Shown here piece after piece: positions 9,123 through 16,510 of a DNA stretch of 64,000 bases. Location of the stretch: assembly GCA_963668545.1 (NCBI GenBank), contig OY764868.1:1426065-1490064 (forward strand), written 5' to 3'. Below the pieces are notes generated by a model. That model had not been told where the DNA came from. It made no database searches and saw only the letters and a program-made list of their open reading frames with translations. The number at the start of each line of letters is the position of its first letter. Within the stretch, counting starts at the first letter, position 1. Made by a program: the position numbers and the translations under genes. The stretch comes from Spirochaetia bacterium. GTDB lineage: Bacteria > Spirochaetota > Spirochaetia > CADAEX01.

Positions 9123-9929
9123 TCAGATATTTCCTTCATCATAGAAATACTGGCCTGTATAAACATATTCAGGTGCAGCTGTTATAAAAGCTTCATTTTT
9201 AATCTGGTCCCATTCTGCAAAAGCCTTTGTATTATAGAAATTTACAAGAAGGGAGTTTTCATAACCGTTCAGAACAGATGCAATTGCACCTGCTGATAAA
9301 GTCAGCGAATTGTCTGTATTCATCCTGTTTTTCCAGGCTGTTATACTGATTATGTCAGGAGAAAGAGGTTTTACAAAAACAGGCTGGCAGAGGGAAAGGG
9401 TTTCTGATTTCATTATTTCCTTGTGCATCTTTTTAAGGAACTCCCTCGGCTTGTTCTCCGGGAAAAAAACTATTCCTGTTTTACCGATTTTCACCCTGCT
9501 GAATCTGTAAGTGAAATTGTTGTATATCAGGTTTTCAGTATTGCCAGTATCAATTTCCGGTTCTCCTGTCTTTATCCTGAAATTCCTGCTGTCTATGGCT
9601 CTGAGAGTATATTCCCTGTTGTTGTTGATTATAATTATATCTGAATTGTCTGTAGAAACAGTATCATAAATATATCTTGATGCTGCAATGGATGAATCAG
9701 AAGAATAGTCATGAAAAGAACCGTCGGGAGAAAAAGTCAGTATTTCCGTGCAGTTATTATTATGTTTCGTAATAAATATAATTCCATTAGCACCGGCTCC
9801 TGTATGCCTGTCGCAGATTTTTACCGCAATGTCTGAGAAAACGGAATGATCCGGCAGCTTTTCATCTCTGAAATCAGCAAGCAGAAGATCATTCCGTAAT
9901 ATATGAAGTTTGAAAAAGTTTATTTCCAA
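9123..9929 (-). CDS. diaminopimelate epimerase-like protein with both catalytic cysteines replaced by serine
   Basis: 268 aa. N-terminus FFKLHILRNDLLLAD parallels the DapF FSKMHGLGNDFMVVD, and DRHTGAGANG parallels DRHLGVGFDQ. Positions aligned to DapF Cys73 and Cys217 read S (SSDSSIAAS; LTLSAGAIAS). Confidence 0.6.
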   Translation of the reverse strand: MEINFFKLHILRNDLLLADFRDEKLPDHSVFSDIAVKICDRHTGAGANGIIFITKHNNNCTEILTFSPDGSFHDYSSDSSIAASRYIYDTVSTDNSDIIIINNNREYTLRAIDSRNFRIKTGEPEIDTGNTENLIYNNFTYRFSRVKIGKTGIVFFPENKPREFLKKMHKEIMKSETLSLCQPVFVKPLSPDIISITAWKNRMNTDNSLTLSAGAIASVLNGYENSLLVNFYNTKAFAEWDQIKNEAFITAAPEYVYTGQYFYDEGNI

Positions 9930-9931
9930 TT

Positions 9932-11272
9932 TTACTTCTCAAAAAACTCTTTATGGAGGTTGATAATTGTATTGTCTATTTCATTCTGATCCAGAACCAT
10001 GGAGAGGTTTACATCAGAAGATCCCAGCGAAATCATTTTAATGACAGCAGGGGAAAGTGTGGCAAAAATTCTCGAGATAAGAGAAGAATCCTTCCATATA
10101 TTTTTTCCAACAAGACAGATAATTCCGCATCCGGATTCAACTGTTGTTTTTCCTATCATTTCAAGCTCTGATTTGATTGAATTCAGGTTTTTTGTATCTT
10201 CGATTGTCATTGATACAGAAACCTCTGATGTTGAAATAAGATCAACAGGTGTCTGGTATTTGTTGAAAATTGAAAATATTCTGGAGAGGAAACCGTATGC
10301 ATTCAGCATTCTTGAAGAAGTGATGTTGATCAGTGTTATGTTTTTCTTCCCTGCAATTCCAGTAAGTCCTGATGAAGCAGCATCTTTGATAATTCTTGTT
10401 CCGGGAGCATCGGGATTCCTTGTATTTTTTACAACTACCGGTATCCTTTTTTCAACCGCCGGCTGTATTGTTGACGGGTGTACAACCTTTGCCCCGAAAA
10501 AAGCAAGTTCGGCAGCTTCGATATAGCTTATTGTTGTCATTGTTTTTGCACCTTTGACAAGCCTGGGGTCAGTTGTAAGGATTCCGTCAACATCTGTCCA
10601 TATCTGTACTTCTTCAGCATTAAGTGCTGACCCGTAGATTGTAGCTGTATAGTCGGAACCGCCTCTTCCAAGGGTTGTGGTAGAACCGCTTTCAGTTGAA
10701 CTGATAAAACCCTGCGCAATTATCAGCTTGTCAGATTCAGGCTTAACCATTTCCCTTATTATGTTGTCAGTAAGAGGAAAAATGGGAACTGCAGCTGAGT
10801 AGTTGTCATCAGTTTTTATTATATCCCTTGAATCAAGAAGCTCTGCCCTGATTCCCCTTTCAACAGCTCTGTGATATATGAGTGCAGTTGAGAGTCTCTC
10901 TCCGAATGATAAAAGAGTGTCTCTGCTTTTGAGCGTGCATTCCTGAAGGAGAAAAAGCCCTCTTGCAAGTGAATACAGCTGTTCAAACATCTCATTGATT
11001 GTTTCAGATGCTTTTTTGAGGTTGTCGCCTGTAAGGAAAGCTTCTGCTGTTTCAAGATGGGATTTTTTGAGGTTTTCAATATTGTTTATTATCCCGTCTT
11101 TGTTTTTGCCTGCAGCAAAATCAGCAATTTCAACAAGTCTGTCTGTTGTTTTTCCCATGGCGGAAGAAATCATCAGCGGTGCTGATTTAATCTGTTTTTC
11201 AGCAATATCAATTGCCTTGTCAATCCATTCGCTGTTCTGGACTGAAGTTCCTCCGAATTTTAATACAATCAT
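9932..11272 (-). CDS. lysC: aspartate kinase
   Basis: 446 aa. N-terminal MIVLKFGGTSV kinase motif and C-terminal ACT-type regulatory domains. Confidence 0.9.
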   Translation of the reverse strand: MIVLKFGGTSVQNSEWIDKAIDIAEKQIKSAPLMISSAMGKTTDRLVEIADFAAGKNKDGIINNIENLKKSHLETAEAFLTGDNLKKASETINEMFEQLYSLARGLFLLQECTLKSRDTLLSFGERLSTALIYHRAVERGIRAELLDSRDIIKTDDNYSAAVPIFPLTDNIIREMVKPESDKLIIAQGFISSTESGSTTTLGRGGSDYTATIYGSALNAEEVQIWTDVDGILTTDPRLVKGAKTMTTISYIEAAELAFFGAKVVHPSTIQPAVEKRIPVVVKNTRNPDAPGTRIIKDAASSGLTGIAGKKNITLINITSSRMLNAYGFLSRIFSIFNKYQTPVDLISTSEVSVSMTIEDTKNLNSIKSELEMIGKTTVESGCGIICLVGKNIWKDSSLISRIFATLSPAVIKMISLGSSDVNLSMVLDQNEIDNTIINLHKEFFEK

Positions 11273-11545
11273 GTTCCTTTCCTGTTCCTGTTTTCATGTA
11301 TCTGATGTTGTTAATCAGCGTTATTGTACAGTATTATTATTTTAATAGAAAGCTTTTAGAAAGCCGGTAAAAATTATAAATAACTGTTCTGATATATAAT
11401 AACACTTCAATGATGCTGATTGATTGTTGCTAACATTAATGAATCATTATGTCAATAAAGCAGAATTTACCATGGTGTCTTAAAATATTATCTATGATAT
11501 GCTAAAATATATAAAAGTTGATAAACTTGATTATGGAGAAATATT

Positions 11546-12343
11546 TTGAAAAAAGGTTTTCATGAAAGAGTGGAACAGGTCTACAGATCCTGTAATATTG
11601 ACAGAGAATATTGTCCTGAAACAGCTGTTGTTCTCGGTTCAGGCTTGTCTGAGCTGGTGAAATCATACAGCGGAAGGGAAATATCATTTTCAGATATAGA
11701 AGGATTTCCTTCTGTAAACATAAAAGGGCATCCGGGGCTTTTCAAGCTTGCAGAAAAAGCAGTTCTCATGGCAGGGAGGATTCACTTTTATGAGGGACAT
11801 TCCATGGAAGATGTTGTTCTTCCTGTTGCTCTTTTGTGGCGGATGGGGGTAAAAAAAATAATTCTCACAAATGCTGCGGGGGGGGTAAACAGGGAATTTG
11901 TTCCCGGGGACCTTGCACTTATTACTGATCATATAAATCTTACCGGGCAGAACCCTCTGATAGGAAAAAACGAAGGTTTTGAAGGCCCCCGTTTCCCTGA
12001 CATGAGCAGGGTATATGATGAGGAAATAAACAGGGCAGCAATGTCAATAGATCCGGAACTTAGGAAAGGTGTTTATGCAGGACTTACCGGTCCTTCATAT
12101 GAAACACCTGCAGAGATAAGGATGCTTGAAGCAGCAGGAGCTGATATGGTGGGTATGTCTACAGTAAATGAGGCAATTGCTGCAAGGTATCTTGGTATGA
12201 GGGTTGCCGGTATTTCATGTATTACCAATATGGCAGCAGGCATTCTTGATCAGCCTCTTGACCACAGCGAAGTAGTTGAGACAGGGAAAAAGGTCAACAG
12301 GCGGTTCATAAACCTTGTCAGCAGGCTTCTTGAAGAAATATAA
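11546..12343 (+). CDS. purine nucleoside phosphorylase (PNP/MTAP family I)
   Basis: 265 aa. Motifs VVLGSGL, GRIHFYEGH and TVNEAIAARYLGMRVAGISCITNMAAG are typical of trimeric PNP. Confidence 0.85.
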   Translation: MKKGFHERVEQVYRSCNIDREYCPETAVVLGSGLSELVKSYSGREISFSDIEGFPSVNIKGHPGLFKLAEKAVLMAGRIHFYEGHSMEDVVLPVALLWRMGVKKIILTNAAGGVNREFVPGDLALITDHINLTGQNPLIGKNEGFEGPRFPDMSRVYDEEINRAAMSIDPELRKGVYAGLTGPSYETPAEIRMLEAAGADMVGMSTVNEAIAARYLGMRVAGISCITNMAAGILDQPLDHSEVVETGKKVNRRFINLVSRLLEEI

Positions 12344-12370
12344 AAAAACCAGGAACACACCGGAATAATT

Positions 12371-14767
12371 ATGAAAGCATCAGAAAAATTCTCAGCGCCT
12401 GTTATACAGCAGATGCGGAAAGCTGTTTCAGATACAGGGGGAAATGAAGTAATGTTTACAGGCCGGAGCGGAGACAGCGGCCTGATTGAACATATAGAAA
12501 CAGCAGCCCGGGGAAACGAGAATTCTGTTCCTGCACTTGAAGGATTTGTAGACAGGGGGGATGTTGTTATTCATAACCATCCCGGAGGAAACCTTAGCCC
12601 AAGTGCTGCAGATTTGAGAATAGCATCAATACTGGGAAATCAGGGGATAGGTTTTTATATTATCAATAATGAGGTCACTGAAGTTTATGCAGTGGCTGAA
12701 ACTGTTGCTGAAAGGATAGTCCCTTTAAATACAGATGAAATCAAATCACACCTGGAACCTGGCGGGTCTTTATCAGGAATCTTTGAAAAGTACGAAGTAA
12801 GGCCGTCCCAGATTGAGATGCTTTGCGATGTTGCTGATGCAATTAACAATGAGGAAATCATAATTGCAGAAGCAGGCACCGGGGTCGGAAAATCGCTTGC
12901 TTATCTTATTCCTGCATTCCAGTGGGTTATTAATAATAATGACAGGATAGTAATATCAACAGGGACAATAAACCTTCAGCACCAGCTTATTGAAAAAGAT
13001 ATTCCTCTTGTCAGAAAAATGCTTAAGACAGATAAAAAGGCTGCCCTTGTAAAAGGAAGGGGCAATTATGTCTGCATGAGAAAATATCTGGAAAAACTGA
13101 ATGAAACTTCCCTTTTCAATGAAACAGACAGGGAACTGATGCTTATAAAGGAATGGGTTGAGACAACAGATACAGGAGATAAGTCTGACTTGAGTTTTCT
13201 TCCCGACCATGCACTGTGGGGAGATATTGCTTCCGAATCAGATTACTGTCTCGGGCTGCACTGTCCGTACCGGGAAAAGTGTTTTGTGATAAAATCAAGG
13301 AAAAGAGCTGCCGCGGCACAGATACTTGTTGTAAATCACCATATACTCTTTTCAGATATATCAGCAAGAAGTGCAGGGGGAGGTTTCAACGGTACAGCTG
13401 TCCTTCCCGGGTTCAGCAGAATTGTATTTGATGAAGCACATAATATGGAAAATGCTGCCACCTCATTTTATTCTCCGACACTGTCCCGGGGTATGATGTT
13501 TAAGACTATTACAAAAATATACAGAAGAAAAAAGGGGCGGATATCAGGTATATATGTGAGCCTTAAAAACAGTGAAGGGGCTGAAGATAAAATCGAAGAG
13601 ATACCTTCACTGACAGCTGAGGCTGTCAGTGAATTCGAGCTTCTGGAAAAGGAGGCTGAAGATCTTCTCAAGGGATCATATAACCTGAGGATAGATCATG
13701 AAGAAAAATTTGATAATCTGCTTTCCAGAACAGCATCTCTTAAAAGTCATCTTTCAAAAATACATATGATTATTGATGATATTACACAGGGAATGGATTT
13801 TTCCCCTGAAGATGATGCCGGGGTTTATGAAATAATTCTGATAAAAAACAAGCTTCAGGGGCTTGTCTCAACCTGTGAAAAACTTCTCGATACTGATGAC
13901 AACTATATACCGTGGTTTGAAAAATCAAAAAGAATCTTTTTCTATGTTACACCAATTGATATTAGCAGGATACTTCAGGATACTCTTTACAGCAAAGTCA
14001 AATCAATAGTATTTACCTCTGCAACACTCAGTATAAGTTCAAAATTCAGTTTCTGGAAAAAAAGGGTGGGGCTGGATTCTGAAATGTTTCCTGTCACAGA
14101 GAATATCTATAAATCCCCTTTCAATTATGAAAAGAATGTGCTTCTGGGGATCCCCCAGGATCTTCCTGATCCCTCAGATGAAGAATACACGGAAAAACTT
14201 TCACAGTTTATCTATGATTCACTGCTGATATCTGAAGGTAAGGGACTTGTCCTTTTTACATCATATACAATGCTGATGAAAGTATATGAAAGTATTAGGG
14301 ACAGACTTGTTGAAAACAAGATCATGGTTTACAGACAGGGGGAAGATGACCGTTTCAGGCTGCTGAGATCTTTTAACAGTGACAGGAACAGCGTGCTGCT
14401 TGCAACAGATTCATTCTGGGAAGGGGTGGACAGTCCGGGAGATACTCTTAAAAATCTTATTATATGCAGACTCCCTTTCAGGGTTCCTTCTGATCCTGTC
14501 ATTAAGGCAAGAATGGACAGGATTGCTGAAAACGGTGGCAACCCCTTTATGGATTTTTCTCTTCCTGAAGCGGTCATCAAGCTCAAGCAGGGATTCGGAA
14601 GACTTATGAGGGCTAAAGATGACAGAGGTGTTGTGCAGATAACTGATAACAGAATACTCAGGAAACAGTACGGTTCAATTTTTCTTAAGTCTCTTCCTGA
14701 AGCATCAAGATATTTCGGAACAGCGGAAAATCTTCACTCCAAAATCGAGGATTTTTTATACAGCTGA
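12371..14767 (+). CDS. dinG: DinG-family Fe-S (Rad3/XPD-like) helicase with N-terminal RadC-like JAB/JAMM domain
   Basis: 798 aa. Residues ~1-115 carry a JAMM motif H-N-H-P-x7-S-x2-D (VIHNHPGGNLSPSAADLRIA). Motif I AEAGTGVGKSLAYL follows. Four Cys of the Fe-S domain are present (CMRKY...CLGLHCPYREKC), then DEAH-like FDEAHN and C-terminal helicase motifs. Confidence 0.8.
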   Translation: MKASEKFSAPVIQQMRKAVSDTGGNEVMFTGRSGDSGLIEHIETAARGNENSVPALEGFVDRGDVVIHNHPGGNLSPSAADLRIASILGNQGIGFYIINNEVTEVYAVAETVAERIVPLNTDEIKSHLEPGGSLSGIFEKYEVRPSQIEMLCDVADAINNEEIIIAEAGTGVGKSLAYLIPAFQWVINNNDRIVISTGTINLQHQLIEKDIPLVRKMLKTDKKAALVKGRGNYVCMRKYLEKLNETSLFNETDRELMLIKEWVETTDTGDKSDLSFLPDHALWGDIASESDYCLGLHCPYREKCFVIKSRKRAAAAQILVVNHHILFSDISARSAGGGFNGTAVLPGFSRIVFDEAHNMENAATSFYSPTLSRGMMFKTITKIYRRKKGRISGIYVSLKNSEGAEDKIEEIPSLTAEAVSEFELLEKEAEDLLKGSYNLRIDHEEKFDNLLSRTASLKSHLSKIHMIIDDITQGMDFSPEDDAGVYEIILIKNKLQGLVSTCEKLLDTDDNYIPWFEKSKRIFFYVTPIDISRILQDTLYSKVKSIVFTSATLSISSKFSFWKKRVGLDSEMFPVTENIYKSPFNYEKNVLLGIPQDLPDPSDEEYTEKLSQFIYDSLLISEGKGLVLFTSYTMLMKVYESIRDRLVENKIMVYRQGEDDRFRLLRSFNSDRNSVLLATDSFWEGVDSPGDTLKNLIICRLPFRVPSDPVIKARMDRIAENGGNPFMDFSLPEAVIKLKQGFGRLMRAKDDRGVVQITDNRILRKQYGSIFLKSLPEASRYFGTAENLHSKIEDFLYS

Positions 14768-14791
14768 TGTTTTTCGGCTGTGACGGGGCAT

Positions 14792-14817
14792 AAAAAAGCC
14801 CGGCAGAAAAACCGGGC
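14792..14817 (-). terminator. rho-independent terminator of groES, shared with the convergent dinG
   Basis: Stem GCCCGG/CCGGGC with an 8-nt loop. On the minus strand it is followed by TTTTTT. Confidence 0.7.
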
Positions 14818-14842
14818 ATATCAGATAATCAGGAAATTAAAA

Positions 14843-15109
14843 TTATTCTACAATTGCAATAATATCATTTGCCTTGAGAATGAGGAATTCCTCCCCATCG
14901 ATTTTGATAGATGTTCCGGCATATTTATCATACATGATTTTCTGGCCGATTTTAACTTTAATTACATCTTTATCATCACCAATAGCTGATACAACGCCTG
15001 TCTGGGTTTTTTCCTGTGCTGTCTGAGGTATGTATAGTCCCCCTTTTGTTTTTTCTTCTGACTCAGAGATTTTAACAAGTACACGGTCCCCTAAAGGTGT
15101 GATTTTCAT
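14843..15109 (-). CDS. groES: co-chaperonin GroES
   Basis: 88 aa, MKITPLGDRVLVK...GGLYIPQTAQEK. No groEL follows it. The downstream space is occupied by the convergent dinG. Confidence 0.95.
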   Translation of the reverse strand: MKITPLGDRVLVKISESEEKTKGGLYIPQTAQEKTQTGVVSAIGDDKDVIKVKIGQKIMYDKYAGTSIKIDGEEFLILKANDIIAIVE

Positions 15110-15391
15110 ATAATCCTCCTGTGGAAATATATTATATTTGATTTTTGTGTTTTTTATTAATCAAAAATATACGAATGTTCTTAATATTGGTCAAGATAAA
15201 TATATCAGGAAACATAAAAATCATTTTACTGAATGATAATGGGTCAAAATGAACCTTAATTACTTACAGACTGAACATGTGTGTCGAAATGATACTGTAT
15301 AATAAAAGGAGTGATTTCAAGGAAAAAGTTAAAGTTAATATAAATATATATATTATAAGGAATTAAATAATTTTTAACTGGTTTATGGAAT

Positions 15392-15407
15392 TGGCATGAA
15401 CTTTGCT
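15392..15407 (+). promoter_or_regulatory. sigma54 (RpoN) -24/-12 promoter: TGGCAT-gaact-TTGCT
   Basis: GG at 15393-15394 and GC at 15405-15406 with canonical spacing (consensus TGGCAC-N5-TTGCW). About 25 nt upstream of the ATG of the RpoS-like gene. RBS GAGGTGA at 15420-15426. Confidence 0.7.
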
Positions 15408-15430
15408 TTATATAGCTGAGAGGTGATAAA

Positions 15431-16300
15431 ATGACAGCAGAAAGAACTAGGCTTTATAACAGCCAGTCAAATGATGAAAATGTATTATCAATCTATCTTA
15501 AAGAAATTAATGCAATACCGCTTCTTTCAAGAGAAGATGAGGATAAATATGCCAGGCTTGCAGCTGATGGCGATGAAAAGGCAAGAGAGATACTTATTAA
15601 ATCCAATCTCCGTTTTGTTGTTAATGTTGCCAAGAAATATCAGAACAAGGGAATTCCCCTTTCTGATCTTATCAATGAAGGTAATATAGGTTTGATGAAT
15701 GCAATAGAAAAGTATGATGTCGACCGCGGCTATCATTTTATTTCATATGCAGTATGGTGGATAAAACAGTCAATTCTCAAGTCAATAGGCGAAAAATCAA
15801 GAATGATAAGGCTGCCGTTAAACAGAGCAGGTGAACTGGTGCAGATAGAAAGGGCAAAAAAGGAACTACTTTCAGAGAATGGCATTGATCCCGAGCTTCA
15901 GGAAATAGCTGATGCAGTAGGACTTGATGAGGAACATGTAAGAGATCTCATTGATATATCACGTGATCTTGTTTCTATAGATAATCCTGTAAAGTCAGGT
16001 GAAAAAGAATCTGCACTTCTGAGTGATTATATTGTTGATAATAAGACACCTCAGCCGGAAGATATTGTTATTGACAGTTCTCTCAAGGAGGAAATAAACA
16101 AACTTCTTGAAACACTTTCAGAAAAGGAAGCTGATATAATTGAACAGAGATTCGGTCTTAACGGTATTATACCTATGTCGCTGAAGGAAATTGGAGACAG
16201 ATATAACCTGACAAAAGAAAGGATAAGACAGATAGAAAAGAAAGCTATTGACAGAATGAAACATGTTTCAAGAAGCCGTTATCTGGAAGCTTTTGTTTGA
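15431..16300 (+). CDS. rpoS: group-2 sigma70-family sigma factor (RpoS-like; regions 1.2-4.2, no region 1.1)
   Basis: 289 aa. Region 2 (DLINEGNIGLMNAIEKYD; YAVWWIKQSI) and region 4.2 HTH (SLKEIGDRYNLTKERIRQIEKKAIDRM). Too short for RpoD. Preceded by a sigma54 promoter, as for Borrelia rpoS. Confidence 0.8.
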   Translation: MTAERTRLYNSQSNDENVLSIYLKEINAIPLLSREDEDKYARLAADGDEKAREILIKSNLRFVVNVAKKYQNKGIPLSDLINEGNIGLMNAIEKYDVDRGYHFISYAVWWIKQSILKSIGEKSRMIRLPLNRAGELVQIERAKKELLSENGIDPELQEIADAVGLDEEHVRDLIDISRDLVSIDNPVKSGEKESALLSDYIVDNKTPQPEDIVIDSSLKEEINKLLETLSEKEADIIEQRFGLNGIIPMSLKEIGDRYNLTKERIRQIEKKAIDRMKHVSRSRYLEAFV

Positions 16301-16346
16301 TATGATTTTTTTTCTATATTTTACAAATAATTAAAAAATAATATCG

Positions 16347-16383
16347 ATAACCGTAGGTGATAATACTTATTGCCTGCGGTTAT
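16347..16383 (+). terminator. stem-loop downstream of the sigma factor gene (ATAACCGtAGG...CCtGCGGTTAT inverted repeat)
   Basis: 11-bp imperfect inverted repeat with a 15-nt loop, 46 nt after the stop codon. No strong T-tract follows. Confidence 0.35.
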
Positions 16384-16510
16384 ATTGACATACATTTCTT
16401 TATAATTTAATCTTATGTCGAAAAATCTTATTTTTCCGTTTTAGCTTTAAAAATAATGTTAATAAATATTCATTAATTTTATTAGAATTTATCTGGAGGT
16501 CAGAAAAGTA

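Noticed and set aside
11273-11545. Possible lysine riboswitch (L-box) in the long lysC leader, or purine riboswitch upstream of the PNP gene
   Set aside because: I could not find the conserved L-box (AGAGGNGC / GCCGAAGG-type) or purine-riboswitch (UGGGA...GUUUCUACC) cores on either strand by eye. A covariance-model (Rfam) scan would be needed to be certain.
16347-16383. Shared ATAACCGT motif at 16347 and 31412, considered as a common operator
   Set aside because: There are only two occurrences with different symmetry (11-bp IR with a 15-nt loop versus ATAACCGTCGTTAT). This is too little to call a regulon motif, and the first is better explained as a transcript-end hairpin.
16385-16408. TTGACA ... 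TATAAT pair upstream of ppdK
   Set aside because: The spacer between the hexamers is only about 10 nt, which is incompatible with a functional sigma70 promoter as drawn.
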